NCBI GenBank assembly: GCA_963664225.1
Contig: OY760937.1
Span: 3,392,001-3,456,000 of the forward strand
Reading direction: 5' to 3'
From: Verrucomicrobiia bacterium
Lineage (GTDB): Bacteria > Verrucomicrobiota > Verrucomicrobiia > Limisphaerales > UBA1319
DNA length: 64,000 nucleotides
Shown: piece by piece, positions 49,310 to 59,603 of the stretch
Position numbering within the stretch: the first letter of the stretch is position 1
How the letters are laid out: each line of letters begins with the position of its first letter
Position numbers and translations under genes: made by a program
The notes under the pieces: generated by a model
The model's database searches: none
What the model was told of the DNA's origin: nothing
Seen by the model: the letters and a program-made list of their open reading frames with translations, nothing else

Positions 49310-50812
49310 ATGAACGAAATGATCGAGCAGTTGAAACAACAGTTTGCCTCCTTCGGTCCCAATTTGTTGGCGGGCCTCGCCATCCTCATATTGGGCTGGT
49401 TGGTGGCGGTTTTTGCAGCCTCCCTGGTGCGCAAACTCCTGGGCAGGACTTCGGTGGACAACAAGATTGCCCAGTGGATGAGCGGCCCTGGCAGCCAGTC
49501 CGCGATTCCGATCGAGCAATGGGTGGCCAAGGCGGTGTTCTATTTGATCATGCTCATAGTGCTGATCGCGTTCTTCGCCACCATCAAACTCACCATGGTG
49601 ACCGATCCGCTCAACGCCCTGGTTCAGCCCATTCTCTCCTATCTGCCCCGGCTTGTCGGCGCGGCCATCCTGCTGCTGGTCGCCTGGGTGCTCGCCACCG
49701 TGTTGAAGAAAGTCACGGCCGGGGCCTTAAAAGCGGCCAGGATCGACGAAAAACTGGGCGGCGCAACCGGCGCGGGCGAAAAGGCCGCCCCCATGAGCGA
49801 CACCTTCGCCGATGTCGTTTACTGGCTCGTCTTCCTGATCTTCCTGCCGCTCATCCTTCAATCGCTCAACTTGCAGGCGCTTTTGGAACCGGTCACCGCG
49901 CTGTTCAACAAGGTGTTCTCGTTCCTGCCGAACATCATCTCCGCCGCCGCGATCATGGCCATCGGCTGGTTCATGGCGCGGATCGTCCAGCGCGTCGTCC
50001 AGGGCCTGCTCTCCAGCGTCGGGGTGGACCGTCTCAGCGAGAAATGGGGGCTGGCCGCTTCGCTCGGGAAACAGAAACTCTCCGGCGTGCTCGGCCTTGT
50101 GCTTTACTTCGTGATCCTGGTGCCCGTCCTGATCAGCGCCCTCTCGGCGCTCCAATTGGATGCCATCACCAAACCCGCCAGCGATATGCTCGGCAAGATC
50201 ATGAGCGCCCTGCCCAACATCATCGGCGCCGCGATCGTCGTGGGCATCGCCATCGTCATTGGAAAAGTGATCTCCGGCATTGTGGCCAATCTGCTGGCCG
50301 GTGTGGGCTTCAACAACGTGCTGGTCATGTTGGGATTGTCCAAAGAGCCGCCGCAGGGCCGGCAGACACCGGCAGCCGTCGCCGGTCTTCTGGTCATGGT
50401 CCTCATAGTCCTGCTCGCCACAGTCACCGCCACCGATATGCTGGGTTTTCCCTCCGTGGGAGTGCTGGTCCAGGACTTCATCAAGTTTGCCAGCCACATT
50501 CTCATGGGCGCCGCAATTTTCGCGCTCGGCCTTTTGCTGGCTCAGATCATTGCCAGAGGCATCCGATCAGGCGATTCGCCCAATGCCTCCCGTCTGGCCA
50601 TGGTCGCGCGCGTCGTCATTCTGGCCCTGGCTGGAGCCATGGCCCTGCGCCAGACCGGCCTCGCCGACGACATCGTCAACCTTGCCTTTGGCATCACTCT
50701 GGGCGCCGCAGCCATCGCATTCGCCCTGGCCTTTGGCCTGGGCGGTCGCGATGCCGCCTCGCACACTCTGGAGGAATGGCGCGCCACCCGCGACAAGGAC
50801 TCATCTCAATAA
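49310..50812 (+). CDS. CmpX-like / MscS N-terminal TM-helix-repeat membrane protein
   Basis: Repeated LPxLxxAxxILxxGW units; C-terminal ALAFGLGGRD. Confidence 0.85.
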   Translation: MNEMIEQLKQQFASFGPNLLAGLAILILGWLVAVFAASLVRKLLGRTSVDNKIAQWMSGPGSQSAIPIEQWVAKAVFYLIMLIVLIAFFATIKLTMVTDPLNALVQPILSYLPRLVGAAILLLVAWVLATVLKKVTAGALKAARIDEKLGGATGAGEKAAPMSDTFADVVYWLVFLIFLPLILQSLNLQALLEPVTALFNKVFSFLPNIISAAAIMAIGWFMARIVQRVVQGLLSSVGVDRLSEKWGLAASLGKQKLSGVLGLVLYFVILVPVLISALSALQLDAITKPASDMLGKIMSALPNIIGAAIVVGIAIVIGKVISGIVANLLAGVGFNNVLVMLGLSKEPPQGRQTPAAVAGLLVMVLIVLLATVTATDMLGFPSVGVLVQDFIKFASHILMGAAIFALGLLLAQIIARGIRSGDSPNASRLAMVARVVILALAGAMALRQTGLADDIVNLAFGITLGAAAIAFALAFGLGGRDAASHTLEEWRATRDKDSSQ

Positions 50813-50835
50813 CCCAACCCTGTAAAAGGTCAGGC

Positions 50836-51027
50836 GAGATCGGGAAAACCGCTGACGGGAAATCCACGTTCAATCTCAAGGCCGTCAATCGTCAGATCAT
50901 CGGAAAAAGCGGAATGTATTCCTCGGGAGCGGCGGCTGGGAACGGCATCGAGTCCGTCAGGAAGAACTGCCGCTCCACGGGAATCCAGAATCTGGCTTGG
51001 ACGGGACTCTCAATAAAAGCTCAATAG
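50836..51027 (+). pseudogene. YegP/DUF1508 remnant lacking a start codon
   Basis: KTADGKSTFNLKAVNRQIIGKSGMYSSGAAAGNGIESVRKN matches the DUF1508 pattern; no in-frame ATG after the upstream gene. Confidence 0.7.
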
Positions 51028-51812
51028 GAACCGGAAGCAGGCGCATTCGCTCTCCGACGAGCAATGCCTGTGGTTTGGCGCGCGCCGCCGACAACGATGG
51101 CGGATCGGCACCCTGTGCCAGCGCGGTCTTAACACATTTTAAGGGGCGGGAGTATGATGCCCCCACCCCCCGGCCACAAACACCAAACACCCCCAGGGCT
51201 AGGCAGAGGCCTTCGAGCCGTTTGGAATAAGGGCGTCATTTAATACAGCGCAGAGCGCAGAACACTTCAGGCGTGAAGTCTGGCTCCGCTCCTACAGTAT
51301 CGCGGCTATAGCAGCACTGCTTGTGCCATGTTGAGGCCTTGGGCGCTTTCATTGGGCATTTGGCTCGGTTGGTTCCATCTTTGTTCATCCAGTGCTGTCC
51401 CCCCACTATTCACCCATGTGCTTTTCATCAAACGTGTTATGCGTGTTGAGATTCGGTTTTCGGCTCCCATTTGCCAGCGAAACCAAAAATGAACAATTTC
51501 AGATTGATTCACACGCTTGTGTGTGTCTGGCGCACGCGACTGTTAACTCGATCGACACAATCTCGAGCCGCAACGGGACATTCTAATATAGAAATGCATC
51601 GTATTGAGATGCTTATGATGTTTCATTGAGGCGATGAATGTTTTGTTAAATCCCATTACAACTTTCCAATTTAATCGCTGCGAACGCCGGTTGCCTTCCC
51701 GCTTTTCACAAGCAATGACCCTCCTTCTCTCGAATTGTAATTCCTTTTCATGAAACATCCCCTATAAGCTTGCAATTCGCAGCCAATCCTGTCACAAATC
51801 TTTCTCATTACC

Positions 51813-52604
51813 ATGGAAGTTATAATTCGTCCAAATGCCGAATCCGCCGCGATGCTGGTCGCGCACATATTGGCTAAAGATTTGCGGGCAAACCCATCGA
51901 TGGTCATGGGGCTGGCCACCGGCCGCACAATGGAAGCGGTTTACCGTCACCTCGCAGGCATGCACCGCGAGCAGGGGCTGGATTTTTCCCTCAGTCGCAC
52001 TTTCAATCTCGATGAATACGCCGGACTGCCCCCCTCAGATGCCCGTTCGTACCGCTCCACGATGAACATCCACCTATTCAGCCAGGTGAACATCGATTTG
52101 CGCAATACGCGCCTTCTGAACGGCATGGCCGCCGACCTGGATGCCGAGTGCCGCGATTATGAACAGGCCATTGACAAGGCGGGCGGCATCGATTTCCAAC
52201 TCCTGGGCATCGGCCGCGCCGGGCATATCGGGTTCAACGAACCCCTGTCCGCACTCCGCTCCCGCACGCGCGTCAAAGCCCTGGCCCCATTGACCCTCGA
52301 GCAGAATGCCGCCTTTTTCGGAGGCTCCGAACGCGTTCCCCGCCGCGCCCTCACCATGGGTGTGGGCACCATTTTGGACTGCCGCCGCTGTGTGTTGCTG
52401 GCCACCGGACGGGAGAAGGCGGAAATCATCGCCAAAGCCGTCGAAGGTCCCATCACGGCGATGATATCCGCCACCGCTCTGCAACTCCACACCCGATGCA
52501 CCGTCGTCGTGGACGAGGAAGCCGCCGGACGGCTCCAGGGTGCCGATTATTATCGTTGGATTTTTGCCAACGAACCGGAGTGGGCGGATTTTAGAACACT
52601 GTAA
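51813..52604 (+). CDS. nagB: Glucosamine-6-phosphate deaminase
   Basis: GLATGRT, FNLDEY, GIGRAGHIGFNEP, TMGVGTI. Confidence 0.93.
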   Translation: MEVIIRPNAESAAMLVAHILAKDLRANPSMVMGLATGRTMEAVYRHLAGMHREQGLDFSLSRTFNLDEYAGLPPSDARSYRSTMNIHLFSQVNIDLRNTRLLNGMAADLDAECRDYEQAIDKAGGIDFQLLGIGRAGHIGFNEPLSALRSRTRVKALAPLTLEQNAAFFGGSERVPRRALTMGVGTILDCRRCVLLATGREKAEIIAKAVEGPITAMISATALQLHTRCTVVVDEEAAGRLQGADYYRWIFANEPEWADFRTL

Positions 52605-52681
52605 AGGGGCGGACGGAGAGTTTACCTGCGCACAACCGGTCCGCAGGAGTTGGGAGGAAAAACACCGCAGGAGGGTCGATT

Positions 52682-52900
52682 ATGAATGATCAATCCCATG
52701 AGGATGGCCAGAAATGTCCTAATCAAAACAAATCCAGGACAAACCAATCCAGTGGCAAACAGGTTTCGACGAAAACCGCCCGGTTTCACTTCACAGTTGA
52801 GGCCGAAAGCCCCCAGATCAACGTCACTGTGGCCCCCATCGACCTGAAACTTCCTCCCCCAGCATGGCCCGACTGGCCTAAATCACAACCCAATCCCTGA
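52682..52900 (+). CDS. Small hypothetical protein
   Basis: GGAGG RBS upstream; ends 3 bp before the next gene; no family recognised. Confidence 0.3.
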   Translation: MNDQSHEDGQKCPNQNKSRTNQSSGKQVSTKTARFHFTVEAESPQINVTVAPIDLKLPPPAWPDWPKSQPNP

Positions 52901-52903
52901 TCG

Positions 52904-53713
52904 ATGGAAACCCACCCCAGCCAAAATCCCGCTCCAATCCGCCTGACCGAAGCCGGGTTGCTCGCCGTGCGCGTTCATGCAAACTCCGGCGCCATGGCGG
53001 CGGACGCTGCCAGCCTTGCGCGACAGCACCTTTGCAATGCGTTGAAGGAACGCGGTTCAGCCTCCGTCATCTTTGCCTGCGCCACCTCGCAAGTTGAATT
53101 CCTTGCCGCGCTGACCGCGCAACAGGGCATCGATTGGAGTCGGATCACCGTTTTCCACATGGACGAATACCTGGGCATCGGGGCCGACCATCCCGCCAGT
53201 TTCCGTCGCTTCCTGCGCGAACACCTGATCGGGCGCGTTCAACCCGGCTGCGTTCATAACCTGGAAGGCGACGCCCTCGAGCCGATGGCCGAGGCCATGC
53301 GTTATGCGGATTTGCTTCAGGCGCGCCCCATCGACCTGTGCTGCCTGGGGGTGGGTGAAAACGGCCACATTGCCTTTAACGATCCTGCGGTCGCCAATTT
53401 CACGGACCCGCTTCAAGTCAAAATCGTCAAGCTGGACGACGTCAGCCGCCTTCAACAAGTGGGCGAAGGTTGTTTTCCCAAGCTCGAAACCGTTCCCCAG
53501 TACGCCCTGACCCTGACCATTCCCGCCCTTTGCGCCGCGCGCCAAATGCTCTGCGTGGTGCCGGAACGCCGCAAAGCCCAGGCCATCCGCATGGCCTTGT
53601 GCGGACCTGTGACTCCCGCCTGCCCGGCCTCCTATTTGCGCCGACAATCCCACGCCACACTCTGTCTGGACGCCGACGCGGCCAGTGAAGTGGATTGGGC
53701 GGCTATTGCCTGA
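52904..53713 (+). CDS. Second NagB-like sugar-phosphate deaminase/isomerase
   Basis: FHMDEY, HPASF, GVGENGHIAFNDP, QQVGEG, CPASYL. Confidence 0.88.
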   Translation: METHPSQNPAPIRLTEAGLLAVRVHANSGAMAADAASLARQHLCNALKERGSASVIFACATSQVEFLAALTAQQGIDWSRITVFHMDEYLGIGADHPASFRRFLREHLIGRVQPGCVHNLEGDALEPMAEAMRYADLLQARPIDLCCLGVGENGHIAFNDPAVANFTDPLQVKIVKLDDVSRLQQVGEGCFPKLETVPQYALTLTIPALCAARQMLCVVPERRKAQAIRMALCGPVTPACPASYLRRQSHATLCLDADAASEVDWAAIA

Positions 53714-53886
53714 TTTGCCTGACTTGCCTGACGTATTGCGGTCTTGCAGTCCTGGAATCTTGTTGGGGGTGTGGCCTGATCCGGGCATTCGCTTGCGGGC
53801 TCGCTCCAGACCAGAAGAACGGCCTTTCAGCCCTGAAATCCCATTGGCACGGAGATGCGCGGAACTATCACGCAGTCTCAACCAAT

Positions 53887-53921
53887 GAAAAACCCCTCCC
53901 GGAAGATCCGGAAGGGGTTTC
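53887..53921 (-). terminator. Rho-independent terminator after the porin (probably bidirectional)
   Basis: aaaaa-cccctcccgga-aga-tccggaagggg-ttt. Confidence 0.8.
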
Positions 53922-53945
53922 AAAGGATTCTATCTGAAACTCAGA

Positions 53946-55169
53946 TTAGAACTTGTAGATGACGTTCAAAGCCAGCGACAGAGCGTTCTTGTCGAGTTGG
54001 CTCGCGCCTACTCCACCGAAGGCGCCAGCGCCGCCGTCCATGAAGTGGTCAACGCGGAACTCAGCGCGGGTCACGACATTCGCCCACAGGCTGTAATCCA
54101 CCGTGAAGGTGTCAGCGATGACTTCGTCGTTATGACGTTGGAAGTTGGCAGGCACCACGAAGGAATCATCCGCAAAGAACGTTCCCTTGGTGGCCGAAGC
54201 GTATTCCGCGCGGTTGTTGAATTTCAACTTCTCTGTGGCCTGATAGGACAGATACAGAGCCGTGGCGTTCGCATAGCTGGAACCCTGCTTCCCGATGGAG
54301 CCGTTCGAGCGGTAGTCGAAGGACGCACCGACGCTCAAACCGGTCACAGGCATCGGCAGAGTCACGCCAGTGTAGAAATGGGTCATGTCGCTTGTGGTCG
54401 CGCTGGCTGCGCCATTGAGACCATTGATGACCGCGCCGTAAAGGGTCGCGCCCTTCAGGAAGCCCATGCTCTCGGGAGCCGTCAGCGTCGCGCCGGCCAT
54501 GTAGGTCTTCTCGGACTCTGCGGCCTGTTGCCATCCGCCATTGCCATTAACCCGCCATGCGCGTCCGTTAATGGGACTGTTGATGGTATTGGCCACTCCG
54601 ACCTGCAAGCCCAACCATTCGGCCACCTGATAGCTGGCCAGAACGCCGGTGTGCTGCACTGGCTCAATGTTATAGCCATAGGAACGGCTATAATTGGGGT
54701 TCTTGTAACTATCGAAGGTTTCATAACCCACGATCGTATCGAAAACACCCATTTTGAAATCCAGGCCATTGCCCACGGGAGCGCGCATGTTCACATACGC
54801 CTGCTGGATGGCGAGATCCTCGCTGGAAGCGCCGATGATGCCACGATAGGCATTCGCATCAGGACCGGCCAGGATGTCCGCCTTGTAGCCGGCGGCCCAT
54901 TGACTCTCGTCCAAGGGCTTCTCGAGGGTCAGTTTCACCACATTCAGGTTGAAACCATCCTGTTTGTTGCCGCCGTCAAATGAACGACCCGGCATCTGGT
55001 TATTGCCCGTGCCAAACTTCCAGATGGCAGAGGTATCCACATAGCCGCTCAACGTCGTGGACGAGAGGGCTGTTGCAACGGCGTGCTGAGCCTCCTCAGC
55101 CTGCGCGATCGATCCCAAGCTAACCACACCAGCCGCGGCCAGCGCCAGTGTCCATTTATTAAAGTTCAT
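53946..55169 (-). CDS. Outer-membrane beta-barrel porin (DUF1597/BBP2-like)
   Basis: Signal peptide; LSGYVD, QQAYV, GVFDTIVGYE..NPNYSRSY, C-terminal YKF. Confidence 0.87.
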   Translation of the reverse strand: MNFNKWTLALAAAGVVSLGSIAQAEEAQHAVATALSSTTLSGYVDTSAIWKFGTGNNQMPGRSFDGGNKQDGFNLNVVKLTLEKPLDESQWAAGYKADILAGPDANAYRGIIGASSEDLAIQQAYVNMRAPVGNGLDFKMGVFDTIVGYETFDSYKNPNYSRSYGYNIEPVQHTGVLASYQVAEWLGLQVGVANTINSPINGRAWRVNGNGGWQQAAESEKTYMAGATLTAPESMGFLKGATLYGAVINGLNGAASATTSDMTHFYTGVTLPMPVTGLSVGASFDYRSNGSIGKQGSSYANATALYLSYQATEKLKFNNRAEYASATKGTFFADDSFVVPANFQRHNDEVIADTFTVDYSLWANVVTRAEFRVDHFMDGGAGAFGGVGASQLDKNALSLALNVIYKF

Positions 55170-55432
55170 TCTACTTGTTCCTCCTGCGATGTTTTTTTTA
55201 GCTGCATTGCTTCTGTTAAGTGCGTTTTAAAGGGTAAAATAACCGTTTACCCGCGCACCAAAAGCAAACTAAACAATCCACTTTCGGTTACAACTATGGA
55301 AATTCGACGTCGTTGACAACAAAATATTTAGGCTTTTTTGGTTTTTTTGAAAATTTATCTCCAATAATTCCCAATATTTGCCCAAAAAACGACAAAACCA
55401 CGTTTTGCGCCAGCGAAACAACCCTTCAAAAA

Positions 55433-55563
55433 CTGGCATCGTTAATGCTTCCCATGGAGTTTGATACTTTTCTGAGTGGAAAAGCGGGCGGGTCTTGTGA
55501 TGAAATCCGTGTGACACCCCAATCCCCGCCCATTTATCCGCCCTTTTGGGGCGTTCTTTTTCT
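55433..55563 (+). ncRNA. Candidate sigma54-dependent small RNA (promoter, structured body, terminator)
   Basis: CTGGCATCGTTAATGCT (GG-N10-GC) at 55433-55449; stem gggcggg/cccgccc; terminator cgccc-ttttg-gggcg followed by ttctttttct. Confidence 0.4.
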
Positions 55564-55713
55564 ATTCAACGCTTTATCGCCAGCCACCGTTTGCCAGGCA
55601 GAGTGTCCCGGCTTTAGAACGCCTGACAAAAGTTTGGACGGTCTGCCGCATTCCAATCCCCAGCATGGTGTTGCTCCCGGCACACATCGATGCGCCGCTT
55701 AACCGTGACCCAT

Positions 55714-56763
55714 TCAGGATCGGGCGGAACCGGCTGGTTCCAACGGGCCATCCTCCTGCGGGACCGGGACGAACTGATCCCGCCAGGCCCGCTTGAACGG
55801 ATAGAGAAATACGGTTCTTGCGAGAATCCCGCGGATTTCCGGACGCGTGATTTTCACACGAACCGTTCCATCCAGAACATTGGAAACGCGCAGCTTCTGA
55901 ATCGTTTTCTGCCCGATCAACAGCGGCCAGGCACAGGCCAGGCGCATCCGCGGGTGGGTGCGCGGCAGCGCGTTGGTGTAGGCCCAGCCTTCGGCCAGAT
56001 GCTGCTCGGCCCGCTGAAGGTAGCTCAAATAAAGGGGTTTGAACCGCCCTTCGGCCGAGGTGTTCAACAAATCGGACGGCTGCAATCCAACCCGGCCCAG
56101 CGCCTGTGAAGGAATGTAACAACGGCCCGTTTTAAAATCCGCAGGCAGATCGCGCAGTATATTCACCAACTGCAGTCCCTGTCCGAAACGAATGCCCGAC
56201 TTGAGCAAAGACACCTCATCCACCGTGTTGGGCTTGAACAAATGCGCGCAGCACATCCGCGTCCAAAACTCCCCCACGCATCCCGCCACCCGGTAGGTAT
56301 AATCATCCAGCTCGGTATCGGTTTGAAGTGCGATCACGTTGGGAGGCGCCGCGCCCCCAAACCGCTGCAAGTCCAGCTCCTGGCCACTGGTTATCGTCTC
56401 GACTACCGAGCGGATTCGCTCCCGGTCGGGAGGGTCAAATCGGTTTAACAGCGTAACGGCCTCCTCGATCCGCTGAAGAAGAATCCGTTCGGCGGGCGTT
56501 CCCTGCTGGCGGGCCAGCAGACTCAGATCCACCGGTTCGGCACGCCGCCCTAAAATCCGTTCGCGTAACGCCTTTAGGGCATCCATCCGCCCCGCCAAAC
56601 CGACCAGGTCCGTATCCGCAATGGTGTCCGTGGCCCGCGCCAGCAGATAGGCCAGGCCAATCTGCGGTCGGATGCCGGAAGGCAGGACTCTGAGCGTCAA
56701 ATAAAAGGATCTCGAGACGTCCTTGAGCAGGAGATCCAGCGAAGCAGGAATCGTGTTTCGCAT
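55714..56763 (-). CDS. Squalene/phytoene synthase family protein
   Basis: VSRSF, YLLARATDTIAD, YTYRVAGCVG, GLQLVNILRD, GRCYIP. Confidence 0.92.
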   Translation of the reverse strand: MRNTIPASLDLLLKDVSRSFYLTLRVLPSGIRPQIGLAYLLARATDTIADTDLVGLAGRMDALKALRERILGRRAEPVDLSLLARQQGTPAERILLQRIEEAVTLLNRFDPPDRERIRSVVETITSGQELDLQRFGGAAPPNVIALQTDTELDDYTYRVAGCVGEFWTRMCCAHLFKPNTVDEVSLLKSGIRFGQGLQLVNILRDLPADFKTGRCYIPSQALGRVGLQPSDLLNTSAEGRFKPLYLSYLQRAEQHLAEGWAYTNALPRTHPRMRLACAWPLLIGQKTIQKLRVSNVLDGTVRVKITRPEIRGILARTVFLYPFKRAWRDQFVPVPQEDGPLEPAGSARS

Positions 56764-56818
56764 CGCTCTCAGTCTGGACTTATTTTAAAAAAACGCAATG
56801 GCGGCCCTTTCAAAGCCA

Positions 56819-58264
56819 TCATTTCAAGTCCGGGGAGGGCTGCTTCTTCTCCGCTTCCATCCTCTCGGCAAACGTCCGTTTCCAGCGCGCCAATTGCGCG
56901 CCCACCAGCGCCTGGCCGGGAGAACCCGTGAGCCGCCGCATATTCATGGCCTTGGCCAGATCGAACACCTCGGCCGCATCGGGCCCGAAGGTCGGATTCA
57001 CCGATTGAAGTTCCTTGAGCGTGAGTTTGTTCAGCGGTTTTGCCAGTTTCTCAGCCAGAGCCACAACCGCGCCCACCACATGATGGGCCTGCCGGAACGC
57101 CATTCCCTTGCGCACAAGGTAATCGGCCAGATCCGTCGCGAGAAGCGCCGGATCCTCCGCCGCCGCCGCGCACGGTTCTTCGTTGAGATGCGAGTGGGCG
57201 AGCATCGCCGCCATGATCTGAACCGTCCCACGCGCCGTGTCCATGCTGTCGAAAACCCGCTCCTTGTCCTCCTGCAAATCCCGGTTGTAGGTCATCGGCA
57301 GCCCTTTCAACAAAGTCAGAAGCGCCATTAAGTTGCCGATCGCCCGGCCGGATTTGCCCCGCGTTAATTCCGCCAGATCGGGATTCTTCTTTTGCGGCAT
57401 GAGCGAGGAACCGGTGGTGTAGGCATCGTCGATTTTGAGAAAATTAAACTCCGCGCTGACCCACAAAATAATATCCTCCGAGAGCCGCGACAGATGCACC
57501 GCCAGCAGGGAGGCGACAAACGCGAACTCGATCGCAAAATCCCGGTCGCTGACACCATCCATCGAGTTTTGACTCACCCTCGGCTCCCCCTTGCGATTCA
57601 CAAACCCAAGCAATTGGGCCACGTATTCGCGATCCAGGGGCAGCGTCGAACCCGCCAGCGCCCCGCTGCCCAACGGGCAGACATTGGCCCGCTGAAACGC
57701 GTCCTTGAGCCGGTCCTGGTCCCTCTCCAGCATTTCCACATAAGCCAGCAGGTGATGCGCGAAGTAAACCGGCTGGGCCCGCTGCATATGGGTATAACCT
57801 GGAATGAGTGCCGTGCGGTGGCGCTCCCCCAAATCCACCAGCGCCGCCTGCAATGCGCGAATATCCCGGGCCAGATGGATCATCTCGCGTCGCAGCCACA
57901 GGCGCATATCCAGCGCCACCTGGTCATTGCGGGAACGCCCCGTATGCAGCTTGGCCCCGGCAGGGGCGCGGCGTGTCAATTCCGCCTCGATGTTCATATG
58001 GACATCCTCGAGTTCCGCTTTCCACTCGAATTTGCCGTCCTGGATTTCCACCGCGATGGCATCCAGCCCCTCGATGATCTCCTTGAGCTCCGCCTCGGTC
58101 AGCAACCCGACTTTTTGCAGCATGACCGCGTGGCCGATGGATCCCAGGATGTCGTCGCGCCACAAACGCCAATCGAAGGAGATCGATTCGGTGAACCGGG
58201 CGACTGCCTCTTCCGGACCGCTGGTGAAACGGCCGCTGCGCGATACTGGACTTGAATTGCTCAT
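56819..58264 (-). CDS. argH: Argininosuccinate lyase
   Basis: EDVH, HTGRSRNDQ, PGYTH, GSSLMPQKKNPD, YNRDLQEDK. Confidence 0.97.
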   Translation of the reverse strand: MSNSSPVSRSGRFTSGPEEAVARFTESISFDWRLWRDDILGSIGHAVMLQKVGLLTEAELKEIIEGLDAIAVEIQDGKFEWKAELEDVHMNIEAELTRRAPAGAKLHTGRSRNDQVALDMRLWLRREMIHLARDIRALQAALVDLGERHRTALIPGYTHMQRAQPVYFAHHLLAYVEMLERDQDRLKDAFQRANVCPLGSGALAGSTLPLDREYVAQLLGFVNRKGEPRVSQNSMDGVSDRDFAIEFAFVASLLAVHLSRLSEDIILWVSAEFNFLKIDDAYTTGSSLMPQKKNPDLAELTRGKSGRAIGNLMALLTLLKGLPMTYNRDLQEDKERVFDSMDTARGTVQIMAAMLAHSHLNEEPCAAAAEDPALLATDLADYLVRKGMAFRQAHHVVGAVVALAEKLAKPLNKLTLKELQSVNPTFGPDAAEVFDLAKAMNMRRLTGSPGQALVGAQLARWKRTFAERMEAEKKQPSPDLK

Positions 58265-58388
58265 ACCTTGGCCCCAGTCTTTCCCAGCGGCGGGAAAAAG
58301 GCATCAAAAAAAGTCGTCGCGCGCCTTATTTTATTCAATAAGCCTGCTTGCCAAAATCAGGCCTTTTCGATTATATACTCAAGCCAGC

Positions 58389-59603
58389 ATGAAACATACC
58401 GCAGGTCTTACGCTGGTCATGACAACCGCGCTGGCGCCAACTGCCGTTTTTGGTCTGGGCTTGCGCGTGCCGGATCAGGATCCAAAAGCCATTGCGCGCG
58501 GCAACGCCTTTACCGCCACCGCCGACAATCCATCCGCCGTCTATTACAATCCCGCGGGCATCACCCAGTCCACGGGACATAATGCCAGCGTCGGTGTCAA
58601 TATCGTGACCCTGGGCTCGGAACGTGAGGCCGGCGGCCAGACCACTTCCACAAGGGACAGCGTCCATGTCCTGCCCCAGGTCTATTACACTTACGGCTTC
58701 ACCAACGTCCCGATTGCGTTGGGCATGGGCCTGTATTCCCCTTATGGCCATGGCATGGAATGGCCCAACAACACCACTTTTCGCCAGACCACCATCGAGG
58801 GGTCCATGACCTATTTGACCCTCAACCCGGTCGTGGCCTGGAAGCCGTTGGAGACTCTCTCCATCGCGGCGGGGCCCACTCTTAATTATGGCGATACCGA
58901 ACTGCGCAATGGAAAACTGCCTTTCAGTTGGGTCAATGGGGCGGATTCGATCCGGTTTCGCGGCGATGATACGGCGGCTGGATTTAATGCGGGCGTTCTT
59001 TGGCATCCATTGGAGCAACACTCCTTCGGTCTGACCTACCGCAGCGCCACTTCGATGAATTTTTCGGGGAACGTCAGGGCCTATGTCCCCCTTCCTCCGC
59101 CCAATTACGCCAACTTCAGCACCGCCGCCACCGCCAAAATAGATTTCCCACAGCAGGTCGTCCTGGGCTATTCCTATCGACCCACGCCCAAGTGGAACCT
59201 GGAATTCGACGTCGATTGGACCGATTGGGATTCCCTGAACACGGTCACCCTCAAACCCGCCATCGGCGCTCCCACCGCGATCCCATTCAACTACCGGTCC
59301 AGCTTCATGTATGAGTGGGGCGTGACCCGCTATTTCGACAATGGCTACTCCCTGAGCGGCGGCTACATGTTCAGCGAAAATTCCGTTCCTGAAAAGTGGT
59401 TCAGCCCGGGAATTCCAGACTCGGACCGTCACGTATTCAGCGTCGGTATTGGCAAACAGTATAAACGGATCCGTTGGGATGCCGCCTATCAATTTGCTTA
59501 CGGTCCATCCCGTGACATCTCTGGCAGCATCAATCCGGGCGTTAGCGGCAGTTATACCTTTTTAAGCAATGCACTCGCACTCTCAGTTGGACTCAACTTC
59601 TGA
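58389..59603 (+). CDS. fadL: FadL/TodX outer-membrane hydrophobic-compound transporter
   Basis: ARGNA..ADNPSAVYYNPAG hatch motif; C-terminal Phe. Confidence 0.88.
   Translation: MKHTAGLTLVMTTALAPTAVFGLGLRVPDQDPKAIARGNAFTATADNPSAVYYNPAGITQSTGHNASVGVNIVTLGSEREAGGQTTSTRDSVHVLPQVYYTYGFTNVPIALGMGLYSPYGHGMEWPNNTTFRQTTIEGSMTYLTLNPVVAWKPLETLSIAAGPTLNYGDTELRNGKLPFSWVNGADSIRFRGDDTAAGFNAGVLWHPLEQHSFGLTYRSATSMNFSGNVRAYVPLPPPNYANFSTAATAKIDFPQQVVLGYSYRPTPKWNLEFDVDWTDWDSLNTVTLKPAIGAPTAIPFNYRSSFMYEWGVTRYFDNGYSLSGGYMFSENSVPEKWFSPGIPDSDRHVFSVGIGKQYKRIRWDAAYQFAYGPSRDISGSINPGVSGSYTFLSNALALSVGLNF

Noticed and set aside
49474..50812. 517-aa alternate-frame Arg/His-rich ORF (49474-51027)
   Set aside because: Off-frame overlap of the CmpX-like gene; only its last 60 or so codons (DUF1508 remnant) look real.
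57804..58388. 195-aa N-terminal extension of the FadL ORF
   Set aside because: Overlaps argH on the opposite strand; the signal peptide begins at ATG 58389.
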